Source: Eledone cirrhosa (taxonomy: Eukaryota). Taken from it: a DNA stretch of 64,000 nt. Below, piece after piece: positions 1 through 16,162 of this stretch (position 1 is the stretch's first letter; every line of letters starts with the position of its first letter). The translations under genes were made by a program, and so were the position numbers. The stretch covers positions 19,282,001 through 19,346,000 of the forward strand of contig OZ024753.1 of assembly GCA_964016885.1 (NCBI GenBank), given 5' to 3'. The notes below the pieces were generated by a model. The model was not told the DNA's origin, did not search any database, and was given only the letters and a program-made list of their open reading frames with translations.

Positions 1-39
1 TGGAGGGGGGGGGGTTGAACCACGTTACGTGGTGTAAGC

Positions 40-1560
40 GATGGCGTCGACTGCTGGTTCCGCTAAGGAAAGCTGGATAAAAGGATATTTCCTCCCGGAA
101 GCCACTCCGCTTGAGGGCCTGGTTGTAATGAGGCGCATATTCGTCGAATATCTGCTCATTAGCGGACAAACGAGATATGCGGAGGGAGATGTTTTTAAGC
201 AGATTATTGGTGATGTTTCTGGGATACTTAGAGCGGCGGTCGATGTAGTGCATGTTGTCGTTTGGTTCCCTGTAAGGGTAGTACAGGTCATTTTAGTGGT
301 TGAGTGTAACTTCCAGGAAATGTACTCGGGTTAGTGACGTTTATAGGGTGATTCTAAATCCCCAGTCCCGAAAGAGTTGATAAGTTGTTTACGGACCCGG
401 TCTGTACTACTGGGATTGTACCCTTTCAGGGCAAGGAGCACATCGGTACAATCCACCGCCGAATGCGGGAAACATTTCGGTGGGTTTAAATAGTAGGAAT
501 AATCCTATAAGTTCGGTGAACTCGGCCGAATCGCTCCCGCTCCCGATGATGGCGTTGAAGGGGGGAGTCCGGAGCTCTCTTTATCCACTTGGAGTTGTCG
601 AAAAGTAGGACTGTCTTCCTGGCGTGGAGAATGATATTTCTTTCCTGGTCGGTAATAGGCGCAAGTGTTTCGGCAAAGTCCAAGGCGGCCCTAAGGAGCG
701 GTAAGGTAATAGTTGCATAGTAACTTTGTATGTCAAACTGGATGAATTTTGAGTCCTGTTTCTTCTCAATATTCCTGAACCATGAGATTACTTCCTGGGT
801 GCTAACCCATAGGCTAAGTCTCGCGTTTTGCTTAACTTTTGGTATAATGCGGCCTAGGATGTTTTTATTGACTCTCCCTATGTCCCACTTCGTCGGGTTT
901 ATAAGCCTGATGGATGGTTTGCGGTCGAAATCGATTTGTGGTCCTTCAGTGTGAAGTAGGGAGTCCGTGGGTCGAGGGGTTCAGTTCGGTCTGCGATCCC
1001 GAGGCTAGAGGTAATTTGTTGTCACTCTAGATTTATGTCCTCGATAATTGAGTGGTTAGCATTTTTATAGGTGGAGTTTAGGCGGCTCCTGATCATTGTG
1101 TGGTATCTGTCCGGGTTGACGAAATAGAGGTTTCCACTTTGGTCCGAGTGCACCAGGATGTCGTTGGTTCTTTCATACTCCGTTAATTTGCTACGGAGTT
1201 GTTGTAGGAATCGAATGTGTCTGGGTTTGAATTTAATACCCTTGACCATTTGGAAAATATCGTTCTCGAAGGGTGAGAGCATAGGGTTCGGTGGGGGAGA
1301 TTTGTAGGTAATGAATCCGAATCTCTCCTTGGTGTCGAAGTCCTGGTTGTCACGGAATCTATCATAGAAAAAAGTTCTCCATCTTAGTCTTTTCGCAAAT
1401 ACGTCGATTTTTTGCGTGAAATCCGAAGGTAAAGTTTTCTCGGTGGAATCGTGATGTTCTTGGTGGAGATCGATATTGTATTTTCGAATGGTGCGGGTAA
1501 AGGAACTTGAGCTGGATGGAAAAGTCAGGATATGGCGTGGTGGGGTCGGAAAGTGCTCTA
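40..1560 (-). pseudogene. Decayed Penelope-like element (PLE) reverse transcriptase ORF, frameshifted
   Basis: Minus-strand translation across frames gives PLE-type blocks in order: KIDVFAKRLRWRTFF, ILVHSDQSGNLY, IRLINPTKWDIGRV, KFIQFDIQSYYATI, IILHARKTVLLFDNSKWIKR, AEFTELIGLFLL, GLYR (decayed YxDD region), VHFLEVTLN, YIDRRSKYPRNI. It is preceded by an HHR-bearing pLTR. Confidence 0.85.
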
Positions 1561-1579
1561 CAACTGGGGTAGGAGCTGG

Positions 1580-1856
1580 ATAACGAAGGAATTGTGATAA
1601 GGAACCAGATGGACCATAACTCAGCAGAGTTCTCAATACTTATGGTAGTAGAGTGGGTAATAGGAGAAAGTATGACCCCGACAGAAAGATCTCAAGCCGT
1701 TTCGACGGCTATTTCTGTCCAGAAATAGCCGTCGAAACGGCTTGAGCTCTGCCCTCGGGGTCATACTTTCTCCTATTACTCACTCTACTACCCTAAGTAT
1801 TGAGTACTCTGATGCGTTATGGTCCTTCTGGTTCCTTACCACAACTCCTTCGTTAT
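1580..1856. mobile_element. Family A PLE pseudo-LTR pair in head-to-head palindrome, each arm carrying the 3' half of an HHR
   Basis: Arms 1580-1716 and 1718-1856 are reverse complements. The minus arm reads directly into the PLE ORF. The plus arm ends ...cttcgttat then (TA)n. Motif tagccgtc-GAAA-cggcttgagctc...ggggtc. Confidence 0.85.
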
Positions 1857-1906
1857 ATATATTATATATATATATATATGTGTGTTTATATATGTATATA
1901 TATGTA

Positions 1907-2012
<106 letters not shown>

Positions 2013-2020
2013 TATATATA

Positions 2021-2072
<52 letters not shown>

Positions 2073-2086
2073 AATTTCCGTGAAAT

Positions 2087-2937
2087 ATTCTTTAAGACTA
2101 TACAGGGCATAGTAGTTTTTCTGAATTGAAGGATGAGTATTTTATACTTTATTTTATTCTTAATTAAGGCTCTATGGATTTTTCCGTGGATTTCACCAAA
2201 TTCTCTGGATGGATCTATATCCTGATTCTTTTTGAATAGTGTTTGAATAGTACCTAGTGCGCCTATGACAATCGGGACAACCTTGATTTTATGGCAGTTC
2301 CAAATCATTTTTAACTCACACTTTAAGTCCTGCTATCGGTTAATTTTCTTCCTCTCCCTTTCTTGCACTCTTGTGTCAAATGGGCAGGCTACATCTACAA
2401 ACAGGCACGATCTTTTTTCCTTGTCTAAAACCACCAGGTCAGGCCTATTGTGTTCTAATTTCTCGTCCGTCTGTATCCTAAAATCCCATAATATCTTCAC
2501 CCGATCGTTTTCTATCACTGACTCTGGCTTATGCTCATACCACTTCTCAGAATGTGGTAAATTGTTTACTTTGCATAGATGCCAGTGGATCACACTGCCT
2601 ATCAGATCATGCCTCCAGCCTTTATAGTGAGTCTCGGCTAGGTGTTTACACTCGGATACAATGTGAGCCACAGTCTCCTCTGTCTCTCCACAGACCCTAC
2701 ACAGTGGGCTAGCCTCCTCCTTGTAAATATGGTGTTTCACCCACTTCGTTCGGAGGGCTTACTCTTGCGCAGCCATTAGCATTCCTGCTGTAGCCTTTTA
2801 AAGGTCTCCTCTTTTTAGCCAGTTCTATGTCTGTGGATCTCTAAATTTAGTTTTCTTAAAGAAGGTACTATGAAGGGATTTTTCATGAATGTTGCTCTTC
2901 CTCCTTGTTGTTATTTGCTCCTTGGACATCCTTGGTC
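2087..2937 (-). mobile_element. R4/Dong-like non-LTR retrotransposon 3' fragment (CCHC knuckle plus restriction-like endonuclease)
   Basis: ORF 2333-2740 has CRVCGETEETVAHIVSEC, RHD, KILWDFRIQTD, NRPDLVVLD, VDVACPFD; continues VVPIVIGALGTI. The 5' truncation abuts (AAT)n. Confidence 0.85.
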
Positions 2938-2954
2938 TATTATCATTATTATTG

Positions 2955-3050
<96 letters not shown>
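2938..3050. repeat. (ATT)n microsatellite
   Basis: Direct reading. Confidence 0.95.
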
Positions 3051-3051
<1 letters not shown>

Positions 3052-3830
3052 GGTTTGGCAATATCATTAGAGACGCCATGCTTTGCACCACATAATTATG
3101 GCCCTTTACGTTCTGAATTCAAATCCCACCGAGGTTACCTTTGCTATCCATCCTTTCGGGGTCGATAAAATAAAGTGCCAGTCTCGTACTAGCGTCGATT
3201 TAATCGACTTTCCTATTCCCACAAATTACTGACCTTATGCCTATATAAGAAACCATTATTATTATAGCAATGAAGGGCGGTGAATTGGCAGTATCGGTAG
3301 AGGGTCGGACGCCATGCTTTGACGCATAGAGTTAGGGCCCTTGCCATTCTGAGTTCAAATCCCGCCGAGGTTAACTTTGCCTCTCATCCCTACGGGGTCG
3401 ATAAAATAAAGTACCAGTAATGTACTGCGTATTTGCTGGCATTGTGCCAATAGTAGAAACTATTATTATTATAGCAATATTATTATTACAATTGGCGGTC
3501 AATTGGCAGTATCGGTAGTGCGTTGCACGCTATGCTTTCTAGCATAGTTACATCCCTTTAAGGTCTGAGTTCAAATCTCGCCGAGGTTAACTTTGCCTTT
3601 CATCCTTACGGTGTCGATAAAATAAAGTACCGGTAATGTACCGGGTAATTGCTGGCCTTGTGCCAAAAGTAGAAACAATTATTATATTAACAATAAAGTA
3701 CCAGTAATGTACTGGTTATTTGGTGGCCTTGTGCCAACAGTAGAATCAATTATTATATTAACAATAAAGTACCAGTAATGCACTGGCTAATTGCTGGCCT
3801 TGTACCAAATGTAGAAACAATTATTCTAAC
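3050..3830 (+). mobile_element. Tandem cluster of three tRNA-derived SINEs plus repeated tails (Meta-domain-like core)
   Basis: Copies at ~3050-3260, 3276-3470 and 3493-3690 have B-box-like gagttcaaatccc, core tttgcctttcatccttacggggtcgataaaataaagtaccag and tail ggccttgtgccaaaagtagaaacaattatt. Tail-only repeats run to ~3830. Confidence 0.85.
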
Positions 3831-3864
3831 AATAAGAATTTTTAACCCATAAAATATTGTTAGG

Positions 3865-4369
3865 AAGAAGAAGAAGAAGAAGAAATGTGAATGAAGAAGA
3901 AGAAGAAGAAGAAGAAGAAGAAGAAGAAGAAGAAGAAGAAGAAGAAAAGTGAATGAAGAAGAAGAAGAAGACTTACATAATTGAAAGATACACGTAGAGA
4001 TGGAAGAGGAGGTAAAATAATTTAAAGAAAGAATAAGTTGGAAGAATGATGGTTATAATGTGAGTAATAGTAGATTTGGCACTCCAAGACAAATACCAAG
4101 TGTATCATAATTCTAGCACGACCACTACAACCATTCCCTTCATCACAATCAACAGCAATAACAAGATCAAGAACAATATGAACAGTACCACCTTTAACAA
4201 TACTACCAAAATAGACACAGCAACATGACCAGTAACAACTACAACTGCAGCAAGTTGAAGATCTCGAAGAATTAATAGCTAAATGGACAGAATAATGGAT
4301 AAGACACTCGACACAATACCAATGATAATAAACAATAAATAAATAGTAATAGTAGTAGTAGTAGTAGTG

Positions 4370-4418
<49 letters not shown>

Positions 4419-4435
4419 CGGTGGTGGCGGTGGTG

Positions 4436-4523
<88 letters not shown>

Positions 4524-4550
4524 CCGTAGCAGTGATGGTGGTACTGGTCG

Positions 4551-4602
<52 letters not shown>

Positions 4603-4604
4603 GC

Positions 4605-4647
<43 letters not shown>

Positions 4648-5050
4648 GGTAGTAGTGGTGGTGGTGGTGGTAGTAGTAGTAGTAGTCGTAGTAGTAGTAG
4701 TGATGGTGGTACTGGTCGTATTATTATTATTATTATTATTATTGATGTTGTTGTTGTTGTTGGTGGTGGTGGTAGTTATGGTAGTGGTGGTGGTGGTGGT
4801 GGTGGTTGTAGTAGTAGTGGTAGTAGTAGTAGTAGCAACAGTGATGACAATAATAACAACAACGACGACGACATCAGCAGTAGCAGCCACAGCATTAAGA
4901 GCTGCAACCAGCGTTGCAGCTGCAACAACAGCAGCAGCAGCAGCAGTAAGGAAAGAGACAGTGAAATCAACATCATCATCATTATCATCATTATCATCAT
5001 CATCAACATCATCAGGAAAAGCAACGACGACGACGACGACGACGATAGCG
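3865..5050. repeat. Compound trinucleotide microsatellites (GAA, GTA, GGT, ATT, GTT)
   Basis: Direct reading. Confidence 0.9.
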
Positions 5051-5135
5051 AAGATTTGCTAATGCAAGGAAGAAAGTATACTAGACTTGCATTAGGAGAG
5101 CAGTGAAGAAAAGTATTGGAATAACTCTAGCTAGA

Positions 5136-5500
5136 GTAACAACAACATCACTGTGATATCAGTATAACAACAACAACAGTAACAACAACATCACTGTGAT
5201 AGCAGTATAACAACAACAACAGTAACAACAACATCACTGTGATAGCAGTATAACAACAACACCAGTAACAACAACAGCACTGTGATAGCAGTATAACAAC
5301 AACAACAGTAACAACAACATCATTGTGATAGTAGTATAACAACAACAACAGTAACAACAACATCATTGTGATATCAGTATAACAACAACAACAGTAACAA
5401 CAACATCACTGTGATAGCAGTATAACAACAACAACAGTAACAACAACAAGACTGTGATAGCAGTATAACAACAACTACAGTAACAACAACATCACTGTAA
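5136..5500. repeat. 43-bp minisatellite, about 8 copies
   Basis: Unit gtaacaacaacatcactgtgatagcagtataacaacaacaaca; ctgtg recurs at 5151, 5194 and 5237. Confidence 0.9.
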
Positions 5501-5509
5501 TAAATGCCA

Positions 5510-6637
5510 TTATAACAACAACAATAACAATAACAACAACAATAACAACAACAATACCAACAGCAATAACAACAACAATAACAACAGCAACGCCAACAAT
5601 AACAACAGCAACAACCACAGCAATAACAACAATAACAATAACAATAACAACAACAATAACAACAGCAACAACAACGGCAATAGTAACAATAACAATAGCA
5701 ATAACAACAACAATAACAGCAACATAAATAACAACAACAACAGCAATAACAACAACAGTAACAGCAACAGCAATAACAACAACAACAGCAATAACAACAG
5801 CAATAACAACACCAATAACAACAACAATATCTAGTGAAGTTGAAGAATATGACCATAAGTAAGATTTTGGAATATAACAGATTCATTGACAGTGATTATA
5901 AGGAAAGGAGAGCGAACAGTAATAACAGTTACTGCAATAATAACTACAACAACAACAACAACAGTAATAATAGTTACTGCAATAATAATTACAAGAACAA
6001 CAACAGTAATAACAGTTACTGCAATAATAACGACAAGAACAACAGTAATAACAGTTACTGCAATAATAACTACATCAACACCAGTAATAACAGTTACTGC
6101 AATAATAACTACATCAACAACAGTAATAACAGTTACTGCAATAATAACTACAACATCAACAACAGTAATAACAGTTACTGCAATAATTACTACAACATCA
6201 ACAACAGTAATAACAGTTACTGCAATAATAACTACAACATCAACAACATTAATAACAGTTACTGCAATAATAACTACAACATCAACAACAGTAATAACAG
6301 TTACTGCAATAATAACGACAAGAACAACAGTAATAACAGTTACTGCAATAATAACTACAACATCAACAACAGTAATAACAGTTACTGCAATAATAACTAC
6401 TACAACAACAACAACAACAACAAGAGTAATAACAGTTATTGCAATACTAACTACAACATCAACAACAGTAATAACAGTTACTGCAATAATAACGACAACA
6501 ACAACAGTAATAACAGTTACTGCAATAATAACTACAACAACAACAACAACAACAACAGTAATAACAGTTATTGCAATAATAATTACAGCGCCAACAACAG
6601 TAATAACAGTTACTGCAATAATAACTACAACAACAGC

Positions 6638-6671
<34 letters not shown>

Positions 6672-7528
6672 GTAATAACAGTTATTGCAATAATAATTAC
6701 AACAACAACAGTAATAACAGTTATTGCAATAATAATTACAACAACAACAGTAATACCAGTTACTGCAATAATAACTGCAACAACAACAACAGCAATAACA
6801 GTTACTGGAACATCTACAACAACAACGACAATAACAGTAACTGGAATATAACTACTACTACTACTACAACAACAGCAACAACAGTAAGAGTTACTGCAAT
6901 AATAACTACATCAGCAACAACAACAGCAACAACAACAACAACAGTTACTGGAATAATAACTACAACAACAACAGTAACAGGAATAATAACAACAATAACA
7001 ACAGTAATAACAGTAACTGGAATAATTACTACAACAACAACAACATTAGCAACAGTAATAACAGCAACGGAAAGATTAACTACAACAACAACAGTAATCA
7101 CAGTAACTGGAATAATAACTGCAACAACAACAGTAATAACAGTTACTGGAATAATAACTACTACACAAACAACAACAGTAATAACAGTAACTGCAATAAT
7201 ATCTACAAAAACAACAATAACAACAATAATAACAGTAATTGGAATAATAACTGCAACAACAACAGTAATAACAGTAACTGGAATAATAACTACAATAACA
7301 ACAGTAATAACAGTAACAGGAAAATAACTGAAACAACAACAACAATAACAGTAACTGGAATAGTAACTACAACAACAACAGGAGCAACAATGAATCTCAG
7401 TAATAACAACATAAATATAAACGGCAAAAGCACATAACATAATTACGGTTATAATCAAATATATTATCACCAGATGTAAGAACATAAATAGCAACAACAA
7501 CAGGAATAACAACAACAACAACCGGAAT

Positions 7529-7559
<31 letters not shown>

Positions 7560-8465
7560 GGAATAGCAACAACAACAACAGGAATAACAACAACACCAGG
7601 AATACAGGAAATAACCGTAATAACCGCAACAGCAGTTTGATTGTGAAACAAAAACAACTTTAACAATATTATACGGAACATTATACGGAAGAGTGAGGAA
7701 GAAAAGTGAGAGGGTAAGATTTTATTATATATATATATTGTAGTAATAACAACAACCACAACACCACCAACAACAACAATACCAACACCAACAACACCAA
7801 CAACAACAACAACACCAACATCAACATCAACAACACCAACACCAACTTCAACAACAGCAACACCAACACCACCAACACCAACACCACCAATACCAACACC
7901 ACCACCAACACCAACACCACCACCACCACCGCCACCAACACCAACACCAACACCAACACCACCACCACCACCACCAACAACAAAACCACCACCACCACCA
8001 TCACCACCACCGCCAACACCACCAACACCGCCAACACCACCACCACCACCAACACCAACACCAACACCACCAACAACAACACCATCAACAACACCACCAC
8101 CAACACCACAACCACCACCAACACCAACACCACCACCACCAACAACACCAATACCAACGCCAACACCAACACCAGCAACAACACCAACACCAACACCACC
8201 ACCAACAACAACACCAACACCACCACCAAGAACAACACCAACACCAACACCACCACCAACACCAACACCAACACCACCACCACCACCAACACCAACACCA
8301 CCACCACCAACAACAACACCACCACCAACACCAACACCAACAACACCAACAACGCCAACAACACCACCACCAACGCCAACACCAACAACACCACCACCAC
8401 CACCAACACCAACACCACTACCAACATCACCACCACCGCCACCCACAACACCAGCAACAACAATT
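5510..8465. repeat. AAC/AAT/ACC low-complexity array including the aacagtaataacagttactgcaataataac minisatellite
   Basis: Direct reading; it produces the spurious long N/T/G/V-rich ORFs. Confidence 0.9.
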
Positions 8466-8583
8466 GTATCAACGTAATAACAGACATTTTGATAAAACTG
8501 CATGTGAAGAAAAGTTGATACTACACGAGAATACGTGTGTGTATGTATGTGTCGTTTGTATGATATATGTATATATATATGTC

Positions 8584-8679
<96 letters not shown>

Positions 8680-8822
8680 GTGAGTGAGTGAGAGAGAGAG
8701 AGAGTGGGAGAGTGAGAAAGAAAGAGAGAAAATGAAAAACTGAATAGTTTATACATTTATATATATACCACCTTGATTAAATCTTAACCATTTAACATCT
8801 CAAGGTATGTCATGTATCATTA

Positions 8823-8878
8823 TATTTTGTCTGATGAGGACGTACTCTTGTACCTCTGAAATATGTATATTCAAATGT
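8823..8878 (+). ncRNA. Type I hammerhead ribozyme motif, family B' (decayed stem I)
   Basis: attttgt-CTGATGA-ggacgtac/tctt/gtacctct-GAAA-tatgtATA-ttcaaat; homologous to 31557-31610. Confidence 0.65.
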
Positions 8879-9785
8879 AATTGATCAAAAGAACATCTAT
8901 TGTATTAATATTTGTATTTTAATATATATATATATATATATGTACGTATATTCAGACGTATGCACGTATATATTTATATACATACAAACATACATACATA
9001 CATACACACATACATACATGCCTGCATACATACATACATACACACATACACACACATACATACATGCTTACACACATACATACTGCAATGCATGCGTACA
9101 TACATACATGCATGCATGCATACATACATATATACCTACATATATACATACATATATACATACATGCATAAAAACAACGGGAGAGTGTAAGACAGCGGGA
9201 AGGAGAAATAAGTTTCAAAAACAAAGAGAGAGAGAGAGAGGGAGAGAGAGAGGGTGAGAGAGTGAGAGAGAGAGCGGGGGGGGGGGGGGCAAATAAAGCG
9301 AGATAGAGAGTTGGATTAAATAGTTAGTGAGAGAAGGCGGGAGATGTTTTACGGTTAAAAGTTGAGAATCTTTTATTCATTGCATGGCTTACTACTGTCA
9401 CAAGTATGCGAACTCGTTCCCTTTACAACGGTGGTTCTCTTCATATAGATCTATGTAAGTACGCAACAACGCAGACCCTTTTTTTCCCACTCACATGTAC
9501 CTATTAATATTTTTCATAACCCCTTTTTTTCTTCTTGGTTGGGGTTTTGTTAAATTTTTATTTATGTTTTATTTCATTTCCCGCTCTATCGAATTTTCTT
9601 CTTCCCATTTCTTTCAACCTCTCTCCCTCTATTTCTCCCCCTACTCCTCTCTATGTATCTCTCTCTCTCTCTCTCATGTTCTCTCTCTCTCTCTCACTAT
9701 CTCTCCCTCTATGTCTCTCTTTCTTTATTTATTTATTTCTCTTCTCTCTCCCTCTATGTCTCTCTCTATTTATATCTATCTGTCA

Positions 9786-9952
<167 letters not shown>

Positions 9953-9994
9953 AATATATACATATATATATATGTATATATATATATATATGTA

Positions 9995-10079
<85 letters not shown>

Positions 10080-10174
10080 GTATATATATATATGTATATA
10101 TTTATTTATTTTCTTTCAATGTTTGCTGATGTGAATTACGAACATTTAACGTTTTCAACCTAAAGACGCAACAA

Positions 10175-11600
10175 ACACCACCGCCACCTCCATCAACTAC
10201 ACTATTATCACCAGCTACACCACTCCTACCACTACTACCACTACTACCCCACATCACCTCCACCGCCATCACCAATATTACCACCACTACTACCACTACC
10301 ACTACCACCACCACCACCACCACCACCGCCACCAACATCAATACACCACCACCACCACCCACCACCACCACCACCAGCGCCACCACCAATAACACCACCA
10401 CCACCATAACACCACCATCACCACCACCACCACCACCATTACCACCACCAATAACACCACCGCCACCACCACCACCACCACCACCACCACCAATAACACC
10501 ACCATCACCACCACCACCACCACCATCACCACCACCACCACCACCACCAATAACACCACCATCACCACCACCACCACCACCAATAACACCACCACTACCA
10601 CCACCACCACCACCATCACCACCATCACCACCACCACCATCACCACCATCACCACCATCACCACCACCACCACCACCACCACCAATAACACCACCACCAC
10701 CAATAACACCACCATCACCACCACCACCACCACCATTACCACCACCAATAACACCACCGCCACCACCACCACCACCACCACCACCACCAATAACACCACC
10801 ATCACCACCACCACCACCACCATCACCACCACCACCACCACCACCAATAACACCACCATCACCACCACCACCACCACCAATAACACCACCACTACCACCA
10901 CCACCACCACCATCACCACCATCACCACCACCACCATCACCACCATCACCACCACCACAACCACCACCACCACCAATCACACGACCACCACCACCACCAA
11001 TAACACCACCACCAATACTACTACCAGCTGTGTCACCATCATCATCACCATGGAAAAGTACACCAATATAAACACGCATGATCATCTATGGACTCCATCA
11101 TATATTTAACGAGATTCATCATCATCACCAACATCACTAATATTACCACCAGCATCATCATCACCAACATCACCAATATTACCACCAGCATCATCATCAC
11201 CAACATTACCAATATTACCACCAGCATCATGATCACCAACATCACCAATATTACCACCATCACCACCAAGCCACCGCCACCACAACCAAACCGCCACCAC
11301 CACCACCACCACCACCACGGAATCACCACACCACCAGTACTACACCGCCCCCACACACCACTACTACACCGCCCCCTCACCACTACCACCACACCGCCAC
11401 GATTAAACCGCCCACACCCCACCCCTCACCACTACCACCACCACACCACCAATACTACACAGTCCCCCACACCCCTGCCCATCCCACCCCCACTTCCACC
11501 ACCACACTACCACTACTACACAACCCCACACCACCAAATCACCCCCACCCATCCACCCCCACACCACAACTACTACACACCCACCCTCCCACCCCACATC
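10175..11600. repeat. (ACC)n-rich low-complexity block with internal duplications
   Basis: Direct reading. Confidence 0.9.
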
Positions 11601-11718
11601 ACCACTAGAGCATAAGAAGGGAGATGTTCACTGTTCCTATATGTCACTGGTCCCTGTTACCCTGGGTGACCAGTAAATCAGAATCAACACGTCTCGCAAC
11701 ATTCAGCTAGTCCCACAT

Positions 11719-12235
11719 AATAATTGTTTCCACTTTTGGCACAAGGCCAGCAAATACCCAGTGTGTTACTGGTACTTTATGTTATCGACCCCGTAAGGAT
11801 GAAAGGCAAAGTTAACCTCGGCGGGATTTGAACTCAGACAATAAAGGGTCGTAACTCTTTGCTTGCAAAGCATGGCGTCTGACCCTCTACCGATACTGCC
11901 AATCCACCCTCATAATAATGTTTTAGACTTTACACACAACACCAGTAATTGTTGACAAAACATATCTACAGTAATGTATTCCACTTTAGGAAAAAACCCA
12001 CTAATTTGAGGGAACCTATTGCATAAACATGCCTAATAATAATTGTTTCTACTTGTGGCACAATGCCAGCAATTAACCAGTGTATTACTGGTACTTTATT
12101 TTATCAACCCCGTAAGGATGAAAGGCAAAGTTAACCTCGGCGAGATTTGAACTCAGATTGGCAAGGGCCGTAACTCTATGCATCAAAGCATGGCGTCCGA
12201 CCCTCTACCGATACTGCCAATACACCGCCCTAATA
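11719..12235 (-). mobile_element. Two tRNA-derived SINE copies (11719-11912, 12040-12235)
   Basis: Reverse complement of the SINE at 3276-3470. Confidence 0.85.
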
Positions 12236-12740
12236 ATAATAGGCAGCATCAGCATCCGGCGCCCTCAGCCGAAATGGGCTCAATAATTGATCTCCACGTG
12301 GGTCTGTCGTTCATTGCCGTTGCCCCATCCTGGATTTCAATACCGAAATCTCTGGAGATGACATCAGGATAGGAGAGCTTGTGCCCTCTGTTATTAGTGA
12401 CTGCTTGTGGTTTCAAAAGCACTAATGGGGACACAGCCTCATAGGTGGCACGATGGCAGTGGCTAGCAAATCGGGATAGGAGAGCTTGTGCCCTCTGTTA
12501 TTAGTGACTGCTTGTGGTTTGAAAGGAACTAAGGGGAACACAGCCTCAAAGGTGGCACGATGGCAGTGGCCAGCAAATCTTACTTTCCTCTTACGTACAA
12601 CAACAGATATGTGTGGGAGGCCGGCATATATCTCTCTCAAAGTCAGATATCGCCAGCTGATGTTCTGAATGCGTTGAAGTAATCAAGTGTAGGTGACATC
12701 AAGGTAGTAGTAATAGTAGTGGTAGTAGTAGTAGTAGTAA

Positions 12741-12786
<46 letters not shown>

Positions 12787-12910
12787 GGTGGTGGTGGTGG
12801 TGGTGGTGGTGGTGGTAGCGGTAGTTGTAGTGGTGGTGGTGGTGGTAGTAGTAGTGGTAGTAGTAGTGTAGGTGCCATCAATGTAGTAGTAGTACTAGTA
12901 GTAGTGGTAA

Positions 12911-12961
<51 letters not shown>

Positions 12962-13150
12962 CAGTAGTAGTAGTAGTAGTGGTGGTGGTAGTGGTAGTAG
13001 TAGTGTAGGTGCCATCAAGGTAGTAGTAGTAGTAGTAGTGGTGGTTAATAGTGGTAGTAGTAGTGTAGGTGCCATCAAGGTACTTTTGTTGTTTGGATGA
13101 AAGCGTCCATGTTTCACTTCCATATAGCCAGATTGTTTGAATTGTTAGTT
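12236..13150 (-). mobile_element. RTE-clade LINE 3' fragment, internally duplicated and interrupted by microsatellite
   Basis: LYGSETWTL...LDGTYT, then IQNISW, VRKRKVRFAGHCHRA, LSYPDVISRD, AMNDRPTWRSII. A ~105-bp duplication lies at 12368-12470 and 12475-12578. Confidence 0.75.
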
Positions 13151-13327
13151 GGTAAATGGCTCCTGGTTTAGGCACAATTTCAGTAATTTGGAATGAGAGA
13201 GAGGAAATGTTTTGACAACTATTTTATTTATTGACACAAGAAACAGCTGAGAAGGGGTGGGTTACCTAGAGTGAACCTTAAAACCAATAAAACGATAACA
13301 AAAATATGTTATATAGTGTATGTTAAT

Positions 13328-13520
13328 AACTGTTTCTACTTTTGGCACAAGGCCAGCAATTATCCCAGTGCATTACTGGTACTTTATTTTATCAACCCCG
13401 TAAGGATGAAAGGCAAAGTTAACCTCGGCGGGATTTGAACTCAGAATAGCAAGGGCCGTAACTCTATGCGTCAAAGCATGGCGTTCGACCCTCTACCGAT
13501 ACTGCCACTCCACCATCCTA
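13328..13520 (-). mobile_element. tRNA-derived SINE
   Basis: Same family as 3276-3470. Confidence 0.85.
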
Positions 13521-14023
13521 GTGTATGTTAATAACAGCGTTAAACATGAAAATACGTACAAAACAGAGTCCAGCAAATACGGGTGGTATAGGGAGGGGGC
13601 ATCTTCATAAGGGATATCTGTCATCTATATATAACCAAGAAATACCCTGATATTATCATAGACAAATATGTACTAAATGCATGCATGGTCCTGGCGCAGG
13701 GTTGCATAGTGACATACGCCGTTTCCAGGGCATTTTAATAGCTGGGTACCCAATCTTCTCTAGGATTACAAATTACGTAGCATAACTAAACACCTTCAGA
13801 ATAAAGAACAGAAATTGATAGCAGTTATATACTGTGTTCCAAGATTAAGGGCCTTCCATACGATCAGTAAACGTATTGATCTTATGCCAATACTTAGAAA
13901 TATTACTATAAGAATATGTAGATCGTTAGAGAGAATTCTTTGAAGATCTTAGCTGCGAGGGTTTATATTTTAGGTTCAAAACCACCAGCTGCAACGAATT
14001 ATGTACAAACGGTGAAACATGTG

Positions 14024-14144
<121 letters not shown>

Positions 14145-14238
14145 ATCCCGGTCTCAATCGGGGGTAACCACAGTAAGTAAGGTACTCAATACATAGCAGA
14201 GCATAAATATTTCATATAGAAATGGCCACAACAACAAG

Positions 14239-14269
<31 letters not shown>

Positions 14270-14569
14270 CCAGCAAAACAACATCCACAACAACAACAGC
14301 CACGAAAACAACATCCACAACAACTTCCACCACCACCATCATCGCCGCCGCCACCACCACCGCCACCACCACCACCAACACCACCACAACCACCACCACC
14401 AACAACACCAACACCACCACCACCACCACCGCCACCACCACCACCACCACCAACACCACCACTAATCTTTAATCTATTAATATCAAGACAAATAGTTTTA
14501 TTATTAATTTGTTTTTAATGTTGATAAATAGAATATTGTATTTCTATTCTCTTTTGTATTGTCCATCTT

Positions 14570-16162
<1,593 letters not shown>

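Noticed and set aside
5834-7327. 497-aa N/T-rich ORF with NNSYCNNN repeats
   Set aside because: It is a stop-free translation of an AAC/AAT minisatellite, open in several frames on both strands, with no unique domain.
9404-9460. Possible small host exon ending at GTAAGT
   Set aside because: Weak acceptor, no recognisable peptide and no partner exons.
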